Assembly (NCBI GenBank): GCA_963717255.1
Contig: CAVQVT010000014.1
Span: 72,751-136,750, forward strand
Source of the DNA: an uncultured Chloroflexia bacterium
GTDB lineage: Bacteria > Chloroflexota > Limnocylindria > Limnocylindrales > CSP1-4
Reading direction: 5' to 3'
DNA length: 64,000 nt
In this document: positions 56,648 to 64,000 of the stretch, piece after piece
Layout of the letters: each line of letters starts with the position of its first letter
Numbering within the stretch: position 1 is the first letter of the stretch
Translations under genes and position numbers: made by a program
The notes under the pieces: generated by a model
Database searches by the model: none
What the model was told of the DNA's origin: nothing
Seen by the model: only the letters and a program-made list of their open reading frames with translations

Positions 56648-57808
56648 TCACGGGCGGTACTCCGCGCCCTTCGCGGCCGGCGGCACCGGCCGGCGCGGCA
56701 GCGCGGTCCCCACGAGCGGCGCGTGCGAAGCCAGCCCCCGGGCGGCGCAGACCTCGCGCAGCTCGTCCGCGAGCCGGACGGGCAGCGTGGGGTCGGCGAA
56801 GACCGCCGTCCCCACCTGGACCGCGACCGCACCGGCCGCGAGGTAATCGAGCACGTCGTCGAGCGACGAGACGCCGCCGATCGCGACGATCGGGATGTCC
56901 ACGACCTGTGCGACCTCGTAGACGATCCGCAGCGCGACCGGCTTGATCGCGGGCCCGGAGAGCCCGCCGTACGTGTTCCCCAGGAGCGGCCCGGTGCGGT
57001 CCGGCCGGAGCGCCATCCCGGACAGCGTGTTCACCGCGGAGAGCGCGTCCGCGCCCGCGTCGGCGATGGCGCGGGCGATCGGACGCACGTCCGGGACGTT
57101 GGGGCTCAGCTTCACCATGAGCGGAAGGTCGGTGGCGGCGCGGACGGCCCGGGTGACGGCACCGGCGGCGTCGCGGTCGATCGCGAACTGGAGCCCGCCC
57201 CTGCCGACGTTCGGGCAGCTGATGTTCAGCTCCAGGCCGGCGACCCCCGGGACGCCGTCGAGGCGCCGGACCACGGCGACGTAGTCCTCGATCGACTCGC
57301 CGGCGACGTTGACGATGACGGGCACGTGCCAGCCGGCCCAGATCGCGGCGTACCTCTCGATGACCGCGTCCACGCCCGGGTTCTGCAGGCCGATCGAGTT
57401 GAGCATCCCCGCGGGCGTCTCGGTGACGCGCGGCGGCGGGTTGCCGGCACGCGGGCGGAGCGTGGTCCCCTTGCAGCAGATCGCGCCGAGCCGCTCGACG
57501 TCCACGACCTCGCCGTACTCCACGCCGTACCCGAACGTGCCCGAGGCGACGAGGATGGGATTCTCCAGGACGAGCCCGCGCCCGAGGTCCACGGAGAGGT
57601 CGACGGCCGACGCTCCGGCCGCGATGCCGACGACCGGGGTGGCGGCGTCGGCCGGGGCAACGGGGGTGGCCGGGGCGGTGGGGGCGGCCGACGTCGGCCG
57701 ACGTGCGGTCCCGGTCGGACCGACCCAGGCCGGCTTGATCTTGCGGACCGTGGGCGTCCGTTTCGGCCTGCCGCCGCCAGACGTGATGACGCGCTTCTTC
57801 GCCTTCAC
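56648..57808 (-). CDS. pyrD: Dihydroorotate dehydrogenase catalytic subunit (class 1B type) with ~75-residue basic/Pro-Ala N-terminal extension
   Basis: Last 386 codons of ORF 56648..58630 from GTG 57808 (GTGA overlap with the pyrK stop). ENPILVASGTFGYG, NSIGLQNPG, LELNISCPN, GGLSGPAIKP, IGGV motifs. Confidence 0.85.
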   Translation of the reverse strand: MKAKKRVITSGGGRPKRTPTVRKIKPAWVGPTGTARRPTSAAPTAPATPVAPADAATPVVGIAAGASAVDLSVDLGRGLVLENPILVASGTFGYGVEYGEVVDVERLGAICCKGTTLRPRAGNPPPRVTETPAGMLNSIGLQNPGVDAVIERYAAIWAGWHVPVIVNVAGESIEDYVAVVRRLDGVPGVAGLELNISCPNVGRGGLQFAIDRDAAGAVTRAVRAATDLPLMVKLSPNVPDVRPIARAIADAGADALSAVNTLSGMALRPDRTGPLLGNTYGGLSGPAIKPVALRIVYEVAQVVDIPIVAIGGVSSLDDVLDYLAAGAVAVQVGTAVFADPTLPVRLADELREVCAARGLASHAPLVGTALPRRPVPPAAKGAEYRP

Positions 57809-58683
57809 CGGCGCGCCCCACCCGCCGCAGCGGTGGCCTCCCAGTCGATCTCGTCGGAGGCGAAGACCGGCCCCTCGCGGCAGACGCGCTGCGGGCCGTC
57901 CACGCCCCAGATCACGCACCCGAGGCACGCTCCCACCGCGCAGCCCATCCGCTGCTCCATGGAGACCTGGAGGAAGGCCTTCCTCCGCGCCTGCGTGCTC
58001 CCCATCGGGACCGGCCTGCCCCCGCCGCGCTTCCGCCCGAGCGTGGCGATCCCGAGGCGCTTCGACCTGCCGGCCGCGAGCCCGGCGAGGACGCGGAGCA
58101 TGGGCGCGGGCCCGCAGGCGAACGCCTGGTCCGCCCACGCCTCGTAGTCGGTGACGAGGTCCGTCACGAGCCCACGATGGCCCACCGAGCCGTCCTCGGT
58201 CGCCACGACGTACTCGAGCTCGTCCGGCAGGAGGCTGGACGGGTAGACCTCGGCCGCGTCGCGCGCGCCGTACAGGAGGACGACCTGCCGGCCGTCCCGG
58301 ATCGCCTCGTCGGCGAGGAGGCGCAGGTCGGCGATCCCCACGCCCCCGGCGATGAGGAGGAGGTGGCGGTTGCGCGGATCGACCTGGAAGCCCTGGCCCA
58401 GCGGGCCGAGGACGTCGAGCCGGTCGCCCGGCCGGAGGTGCGCGAGCCAGGCGGTCCCCCGCCCCACCTCGCGGAAGTGGATCGAGACGATGCCGGTCGC
58501 GGCGTCCGCGGTGTTGACCGTGAACGGACGTCGGAGGACGAGCCCCGACCAGTCGCCGGTCCGGACGTGCACGAACTGGCCGGCGCGGACCGCCGAAGCC
58601 AGGACGGGCGCGTGGTACCACTGGATCCATTGGCCGGGCAGGATCCGGCGCGCCTCGACGAGCTCGGCGTCGGTCAGGAACAT
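57805..58683 (-). CDS. pyrK: Dihydroorotate dehydrogenase electron-transfer subunit (FAD/NAD, [2Fe-2S])
   Basis: ORF 57805..58683, 292 aa. RRPFTV, GPLGQGF, LLIAGGVG, MGCAVGACLGCV cluster motif. Confidence 0.8.
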   Translation of the reverse strand: MFLTDAELVEARRILPGQWIQWYHAPVLASAVRAGQFVHVRTGDWSGLVLRRPFTVNTADAATGIVSIHFREVGRGTAWLAHLRPGDRLDVLGPLGQGFQVDPRNRHLLLIAGGVGIADLRLLADEAIRDGRQVVLLYGARDAAEVYPSSLLPDELEYVVATEDGSVGHRGLVTDLVTDYEAWADQAFACGPAPMLRVLAGLAAGRSKRLGIATLGRKRGGGRPVPMGSTQARRKAFLQVSMEQRMGCAVGACLGCVIWGVDGPQRVCREGPVFASDEIDWEATAAAGGARR

Positions 58684-58746
58684 CGCGGGCCGCCGGCGGC
58701 GGTCAGCGTGGGGAGCGACGCGCTCGAGAGAGGGTCGGTCGGTCGG

Positions 58747-59619
58747 TCAGGCTTCCTTCTCCTCGGCCACCGCTTCGACCTCTTCGGTCGGCTCCGCCGG
58801 CTGATCGATGCCGGGGAAGCCCTCGGCGAGGGCGTCCGCGAGGTCGCTGAAGACGTCCGTCGGGTCGTAGAACCCGACGAGGTCCTCGGGCGACGCCAGC
58901 TTCTTCCACTCGCCGTCCGCGCCCTCCGGAACCACCTCGCCGGCGAATCTGCCGGCCGCGGTCAGCACCAGGCGCTCGTCGTCGTCGTCCACGATGATCA
59001 GGTCGCCGATCCGTCCGATGAGTGGCGCGGCCTCCTCCTCGAACCGGGCGAGGAGCCCCGCCTCCGTCTTCTGGCTCCGGTCGAGATAGTCGACCGCGAG
59101 GTCGTAGAGCAGGCCGGCCGCCTCTTCCTCGGTGTCCGCGCCGCTCGGGTGGCGGGCCGCCCACGTGTCGGCAGCCTCCGCGTACCCGCGGTCCTCGTCC
59201 ACTGCCGGCGTGTCCTCGCCGGCGACATTGGCGGTGGCCAGCACGTCGTCGGCGCCGGTCGGCTCCGGCGCGAGGCCGGCCGCCTCACGTGCGGCTTCCG
59301 TGAACCACTGGTAGACGTCGGCCGGGTTGTAGAGCTCGACGAGCTCGGCGGGGCTCTCGATGACCTCCGTCTCCGAGATCCACTCGCCGGTCTCGGAGTC
59401 CTGGTAGCGACTCCGGCTGCGGAAGGTGAGGTCCGGGGCGATCGCGAGGTAGTCGGGGTCGTCGTCGATGAGGACGAGGCCGTCGAGGGCATCGATCCGC
59501 TTCCGGTTGGCCTCGAGGAAGCGGTGCATCTGCTCGCCCGCGGTGACGAGGAAGTCCGACCGCTCGAGCGCCGCGTCCGACGCGAGCTCGCCGAGGAGGT
59601 CGTTCCGGTTCGTGTCCAT
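58747..59619 (-). CDS. Acidic hypothetical protein with an internal two-fold domain duplication
   Basis: ORF 58747..59703. ATG 59619 (MDTNRNDLLGELASD) follows GAAGGAGG. Halves share ...L(V/I)(L/I)(I/V)DDD......(L/A)......GEW......(P/S)(A/P)E(L/D)V..Y(N/D)P(A/T)DV(Y/F). No recognised family. Confidence 0.55.
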   Translation of the reverse strand: MDTNRNDLLGELASDAALERSDFLVTAGEQMHRFLEANRKRIDALDGLVLIDDDPDYLAIAPDLTFRSRSRYQDSETGEWISETEVIESPAELVELYNPADVYQWFTEAAREAAGLAPEPTGADDVLATANVAGEDTPAVDEDRGYAEAADTWAARHPSGADTEEEAAGLLYDLAVDYLDRSQKTEAGLLARFEEEAAPLIGRIGDLIIVDDDDERLVLTAAGRFAGEVVPEGADGEWKKLASPEDLVGFYDPTDVFSDLADALAEGFPGIDQPAEPTEEVEAVAEEKEA

Positions 59620-59630
59620 CTGGGCCTCCT

Positions 59631-59957
59631 TCAGGGGATGAACTTCAGGTCGTCGCCCATCCGCCACCGCAGGAACATCGAGTGATGGCGCTGGAAGATC
59701 CACTCGCCGGCCCGGTGCCCGATGGCCCGCATGCTCTCGTCCGCCTCCAGGCGGTCGAGGGTCGCGTAGTCCGGCAGGTCGAACATGATGACGTTGTCGA
59801 AGTCCCAGCCGTGCGCGACGTTGAACCAGCCGATGAACTTGATCCCATACTTCTCCTCGTAGTCCTTCACCTGGCGCGGGAACTGCGTCTGCATGAAGAA
59901 CTTGAAGAACGGGTCGCGGCCGCGCCGGACGGAGAAGAAGGTCGCGAGGACGGGCAC
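59631..59957 (-). CDS. Small conserved-looking hypothetical protein (start uncertain: GTG 59957 or ATG 59894)
   Basis: ORF 59631..60020. Sensible sequence from VPVLATFFSVRRGRDPFFKFFMQTQFPRQVKDYEEKYGIKFIGWFNVAHGWDFDNVIMFDLPDYATLDRL... Lower local GC with clean periodicity. Stop is 11 nt before the next start. Confidence 0.5.
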   Translation of the reverse strand: MPVLATFFSVRRGRDPFFKFFMQTQFPRQVKDYEEKYGIKFIGWFNVAHGWDFDNVIMFDLPDYATLDRLEADESMRAIGHRAGEWIFQRHHSMFLRWRMGDDLKFIP

Positions 59958-60027
59958 GGGGTCGGAGCTCCTCTTGCGATCGCGCGTGCTCGGTGCTCCG
60001 GGAGCCGTTCCCGGACGCATCCGGCCG

Positions 60028-60450
60028 CTATTGTCGCACGCCCCCGCCGGGGGTCGGACCGTCGGGCGCGGCCGGGTCGGCGGGAGGGTCGGGCCGGTCG
60101 TCGGCGGGAGGTGCGGGCGCGCCGTCGGCGCCCGGGCCGGACTCCCCCTCCGTGCCCGCGGCGGCGTCCTCGATCTCGCCCACCGTCCGCGTCCGCGCCG
60201 CGACCGGTCGCCGCCGCCCGCGCCTCTCGGCTGCCACGATCCGGAGCAGGAAGATCACCGTCTGGCCGACGAACAGCAGCAACCCGAGGGTCACGAACAG
60301 GAGGATCGCGCTGACGATGGGTGGCCAGCCCAGCCTCACGGTGAGCGGGGTGAAGACGATGAAGAACGCGAGCAGGATCACCTGCAGCCAGAAGCAGCCC
60401 AGCCCGGGGCCGCGCTCAGCGTCGAGCTCGTCGCCCTTGTAGTCGGGCAT
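60028..60450 (-). CDS. Small two-TM membrane protein, hypothetical
   Basis: ORF 60028..60450, 140 aa. MPDYKGDELDAERGPGLGCFWLQVILLAFFIVFTPLTV...IVSAILLFVTLGLLLFVGQTVIFLL. Disordered Pro/Ala/Asp tail. Confidence 0.5.
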   Translation of the reverse strand: MPDYKGDELDAERGPGLGCFWLQVILLAFFIVFTPLTVRLGWPPIVSAILLFVTLGLLLFVGQTVIFLLRIVAAERRGRRRPVAARTRTVGEIEDAAAGTEGESGPGADGAPAPPADDRPDPPADPAAPDGPTPGGGVRQ

Positions 60451-60729
60451 GGGCGGCCTCCTGGGGCGCGGCGGCGGGGGCGCCCGGCCGGATCCGGGCG
60501 GCGGTCGTCGGAGATGGCTGCGGTTCGTCGGTCACGGGCGGCGCCTGGTGGGGCTCGTCGGTCACGGGATCACCGGGATGCGTGCGCGGGGGCGGTGCTC
60601 ACGATACCGCGGGCCGGCCACGTGGACGTGCCGACGGGCGCGCGTCATCGGCCAGAGGGCACGACGACCGTCCGTCTGCGGCGCCGCCGGGCGTGCATCG
60701 GGGCCGAGCCTGCCCGGTACCATCGACCC

Positions 60730-62335
60730 GTGACCGACCGACCCGCCCGCGACCCCCTCGACGACTTCGCCTGGCACCCGGACCCGGAGCTCGTGTGGTA
60801 CGTGGACCCCGCGCGGTCGCGCGAGTCCGTGGAGGCCCTCGGCGCCGCCGCGTGGGAGGTCGCGCTCGACTGGCTCTACGACGAGGGATTCCGCCGCCCG
60901 ACCGGCCCGATGGGCTATGCCGAGCTCCGCCGGCTGTGGTACGGCATGCCCGCCGACGCACCGGCGTCGTCGGTCGGCCCCGGGCCCGCGCCCTCCGACC
61001 CCGTCCCGGCGTCCGCCGTCCTCGACGAGTTCCGCGCCCGCCTGTCGGAGCACCAGCTCAGCTCGGTGCACCGGCTCTCGTGGAGCTACTTCACCCCGCC
61101 GCCCCTCCTCCTGTCGGTCGTCGGCGAGCTGCTCGCGCAGGTGATCGACCAGGGAGTGGACGTCTGGCGCGCCGCGCCCACCGGCGCGTTCGTCGAGGAG
61201 GAGACCGTCCGCTGGCTCTGCGACCTCGTCGGGTACGGCCCGGACGGGTTCGGCGTGCTCACCTCCGGCGGCGTGATGGCGAACATCATGGCGATGACCG
61301 TCGCGCGGGACATCCACCTCGGTCGGCTCATCGCCGGCGGCTCGGCCGCGACGCTTGGCCGCCGCCGCGAGGCGTCCCCGCGCTCGCCGGTGCCCGCGTG
61401 TACGCGAGCGACCAGGCGCACTTCTCGATCGGCCGGGCCATCGACATCCTCGGCTTCCCTCCCGACACGCTGCGGATCGTGCCGTCCGACGGGCGCTTCC
61501 GGCTCCAGGCGGGCCCGGTCGCCGCGGCGGTCGCAGAGGACCGCCGGGCGGGCTCCGGCCGTTCGCCATCGCCGCGGTCGCCGGCTCGACGAACACCGGA
61601 TCGGTGGATGACGTCGCCGGGCTCGTGGCTCTCGCGGCCGCCGAGGACCTCTGGCTCCACGTGGACGCCGCCTACGGAGGGGGCGCGCTCCTCTCCGAAC
61701 GCGACGCCGGCCGGATCGGACCGCTCGGGCGGGCGGACTCGGTCACGATCGATCCGCACAAGTGGTTCTTCCAGCCGTACGACGTGGGCGCCCTGCTCGT
61801 GCGCCGGCGCGGCGACCTCCGCGGCACCTTCCACCGCGCGCCCGAGTACTACCGGACCCCCGGGCACGAGGAGGAACCGCTGGACTTCTACCAGCTCTCC
61901 ATCGAGGGGTCCCGCCGTCTCCGCGCCATGAAGCTCTGGATGAGCTGGAAGCACCTCGGGACGCGCGGGCTGGGGCGGCTCGTGGAGCGGACCGACGATC
62001 TGGCCGCGCGCCTGGCGGCACTGATCGCGCGGAGCGACGACTTCGAGGCGACGCCGCCCGAGCCGGAGCTGTCGGTGGTCTGCTTCCGCTGGCTGCCGGG
62101 CGGACGGACGGCGGCTGCGGGGCTCGATCCGGCGACGCTCGACCAGGTGCAGGACCGCCTGCAGCGCGCCCTGGAGGTGTCCGGTGAGGGCTGGGTCTCC
62201 ACGACGCGCCTCCGCGGTTCGACATGGCTCCGGGCGGGGATCGTCAACTACCTCTCGACCGACGAGGACGCCGACCGGATGCTGGCGATCCTGCGCCGGC
62301 TGGGCCCCGGCGTGGCGGAGGGGATGGGGCTGTGA
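60730..62335 (+). CDS. Group II pyridoxal-dependent (aromatic amino acid / diaminobutyrate-type) decarboxylase; two 1-nt deletions as assembled (~61371, ~61553)
   Basis: GTG 60730. ...SWSYFTPPPLLLSVVGELLAQVIDQG...LTSGGVMANIMAMTVARD (ORF 59893..61611 frame). GVPALAGARVYASDQAHFSIGRA (ORF 60582..61931 frame). LRPFAIAAVAGSTNTGSVDD...LHVDAAYGGG...TIDPHKWFFQPYDVG (ORF 61355..62335 frame). Confidence 0.75.
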
Positions 62336-62981
62336 CGGCCGGCCGGTCCGACCGATCGACCGACCTCTATCGCCTCCTGCAGGTGGACCCGGAGGCGGAC
62401 ACGGAGATCATCGGCGCCGCCTATCGCAAGCTCGCCCAGCGCTACCACCCCGACGTCACCGACGACCCCGACGCGGCCGCGCGGATGGCCGCGATCAACG
62501 CGGCGTGGGAGGTCCTCCGCGATCCGGCGAGGCGCGCCCTCTACGACCGCGAGCGTCGGTTCACGACCGGCGGCGGCACGGGGCACGGCGGGTCGGCCGC
62601 GAACGGGATGCCGGCGGACCCGGGCGCAAGACGAGGTGCCGGCGAGCGCGCGCCCGGCGCGAGCGACCGCAGCGCCGACTCGACCACGTGGGGCGGCCGG
62701 CCCCCGGCGGCTCGCCCGGCGCGAGCGCGTCCACCGGCGACGGCGAGAAGTGGCGCGCCGGTGGCGCCGCCGGCACGGGCGGGACCCAGGGCGACTGGGC
62801 CGGTCCGCCGTGGGGCGTCCCGAGCGGGTCCGTCATCACCTTCGGGCGGTACAGCGGATGGTCGCTCGGCCAGATCGCGCGGCACGACCTCTCGTTCCTC
62901 GAGTGGCTGGAGCGAGCGCCGGTCGGCCGCCAGTACCAGGCGGAGATCGCGACGCTCCTCCGGCGGTACGGGAGGCGGTAG
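62332..62981 (+). CDS. J-domain protein with C-terminal FG(R/K)Y.G...(F/Y)L.WL domain; one 1-nt deletion as assembled (C run 62701-62705)
   Basis: GTG 62332 (GTGA overlap with the decarboxylase stop). DLYRLLQVDPEADTEIIGAAYRKLAQRYHPDV (HPD) in the ORF 62224 frame. Continues as PGGSPGASASTGDGEKW...ITFGRYSGWSLGQIARHDLSFLEWLERAP...LLRRYGRR in ORF 62184..62981. Confidence 0.7.
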
Positions 62982-63420
62982 TCGGTCAGGGTTCCGCCCT
63001 CGCGACCCCATCGCTCGCCGTCGCCGGCTTGAACGACCGTCGGCACTGGCACGAGCCCGATCGGACGACCATCATCGCGCCGAACGCGAGTAACGGCCGC
63101 GACTCAGACCGGCCGGGCGGCCGCTAGCGCCGTGTGGCCGCGATGGCCCGCTCGCGGGCACGGAGGCTCGGCGATGGTCGGCACTGCGGCTCCTATCTCG
63201 CCGCTCCGCCCGAACGTCGACGATCGGGCGGGTCCAGCCCCGGCGGCCGACGCGCCCCGTTCCGATCGGCACGGCTGCGGGCCTCCTCCGGGCGGCCGCC
63301 GTCTGGCTCGGCGCCGTTGCGGTCCTCGGCGGCCTTCTGGGTGCCGTCGCGTGTGGTTCGCGTTCCTCACCCCTCTTCGGCGGGGAGCCGTCGGAGGCGG
63401 ACGGGGCGCGTGCCCTGCTC

Positions 63421-63939
63421 ATGGCCGCGGGCCTTGTCAGCGGCCCGCTCGGCGCAGCCGTGGTGACGTGGCGCGCGGCGTCGCCAGGGCATGCGCGGGC
63501 GGGCATCGTCGCCTTCGTCCTCGGCGCGGGGACATTGCTCGTCCTCCTCGCGCCTGCGGTCGCGGCCCTCCTGCCGACGCACGGCGGCTTCTACGGCTTC
63601 GATCCCTATCGGGTCGCCGACGCCGCGCGCCTGCCGTCGTCGGTCGCGTTCCTCGTGCCGGCGTTGCTCATGGTCGTGGGCACGGTGTGGCGCTGGTGCG
63701 CCGAGGAGGCGCCCGGCTCCCATCGGCGTGCCTGGGCGACACTGGCAGCCATCGCGGTCGTCGCCGTTCCCGCCGGGGTGCTTCTCATCGTCGCCTGGTG
63801 GGCTCCGTCGTGTCCCTCGGGCAGGACCTGTCTCCCGGAGGCCGGTATCTCCTTCGAGCGACCGTGGGTTGGTCGCCAACGAGACCGGACGACGGACTCT
63901 ACGCGGCGTCCGCGGGGAGCGAAAGCACGCGCTTCGTGA
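63421..63939 (+). CDS. Polytopic membrane protein, hypothetical; true N-terminus probably upstream (lipoprotein-like signal lies in frame before the first start codon)
   Basis: ORF 63421..63939, 172 aa, four hydrophobic segments. In the same frame upstream (about 63290-63420) I read ...AAGLLRAAAVWLGAVAVLGGLLGAVACGSRSS..., with no ATG/GTG/TTG. Confidence 0.45.
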   Translation: MAAGLVSGPLGAAVVTWRAASPGHARAGIVAFVLGAGTLLVLLAPAVAALLPTHGGFYGFDPYRVADAARLPSSVAFLVPALLMVVGTVWRWCAEEAPGSHRRAWATLAAIAVVAVPAGVLLIVAWWAPSCPSGRTCLPEAGISFERPWVGRQRDRTTDSTRRPRGAKARAS

Positions 63940-64000
63940 TCGAGGATGGGGCAAGCATCCTGACCGAGAACGGGCGCGAGGTCCCGGGGGACCTCGATGA

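Noticed and set aside
59629-59652. A third TTCAGG pair (TTCAGGGGatgaacTTCAGGT), possibly related to the htrA and MarR upstream motifs.
   Set aside because: On the coding (minus) strand this is ...CTG AAG TTC ATC CCC TGA AGGAGG. That is the last codons, the stop and the RBS of two adjacent genes, so the match is explained by coding and RBS sequence.
26330-63420. Programmed ribosomal frameshifting, or an alternative genetic code, as the explanation for the frame changes.
   Set aside because: The junctions have no common slippery heptamer or downstream structure. Both +1 and -1 changes occur, often twice in the same gene. They affect unrelated gene families. Indels (error or mutation) are the simpler explanation.
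63937-64000. A possible new gene starting at GTG 63937 (VIEDGASILTENGREVPGDLD...) at the right edge.
   Set aside because: Only 21 codons are visible, with no recognisable motif or RBS. There is too little sequence to support a call.

Overview
This is a very GC-rich bacterial chromosomal segment; third codon positions are almost all G/C. I call about 58 protein-coding genes. I found no rRNA or tRNA genes, no CRISPR array, and no transposase, integrase or phage genes. The gene content suggests an aerobic high-GC Actinomycetota-like (possibly Chloroflexota-like) organism: two F420-type LLM oxidoreductases, Ni-superoxide dismutase with its maturation peptidase, cydABDC, ctaA/ctaB and GH57 glycogen enzymes. 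The taxon is inference only.

Gene order, left to right:
- glgA, divergent from glgP-GH57-GH57 (glycogen metabolism)
- nucleoside hydrolase and DUF885 (start/stop overlap)
- lysA
- a roughly 10 kb cell-envelope block: secreted DUF4352-like protein, TPM/DUF2207 protein, NTF2-like protein, LysM protein, large secreted CarboxypepD_reg-repeat protein, small secreted protein, lgt, transglutaminase-like lipoprotein
- sodN-sodX
- DUF4349 lipoprotein
- LLM oxidoreductase, acyltransferase, LLM oxidoreductase
- MarR regulator, DHA2 MFS transporter, Rieske protein
- HtrA-like protease
- LOG, ArsC-like, two ACT-domain genes, xth
- a second secreted paralog, HpcH aldolase, beta-CASP nuclease, YczE-like membrane protein, degenerate GGDEF gene
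- ctaB-ctaA, thioredoxin-fold lipoprotein
- FGGY kinase and AGPS-like FAD oxidase
- cydABDC, pyrE, aldo/keto reductase, pyrD/pyrK
- three small unknown genes, a PLP decarboxylase, a J-domain protein

Most long ORFs in the supplied track are Arg/Pro/Gly-rich off-frame or antisense artefacts of the high GC content and were not called.

The main non-routine observation is at least 21 frame-disrupting indels, almost all +/-1 nt at short homopolymers. They are concentrated in about 11 genes, while two long stretches (nt 1-26300 and 46930-60500) are clean. This is either locally poor assembly or real decay of accessory genes. I did not recognise a clear novel multi-gene system such as a defence island.

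The more interesting smaller items are:
- sodX has no usable canonical start codon.
- An 8-3-8 direct repeat plus palindrome lies upstream of htrA.
- The MarR gene has a near-leaderless promoter flanked by repeated heptamers.
- A pair of secreted two-domain paralogs lies 24 kb apart.
- A small membrane protein is built from 18-residue tandem repeats.
- ctaA and ctaB may be fused, with the fusion masked by an indel.
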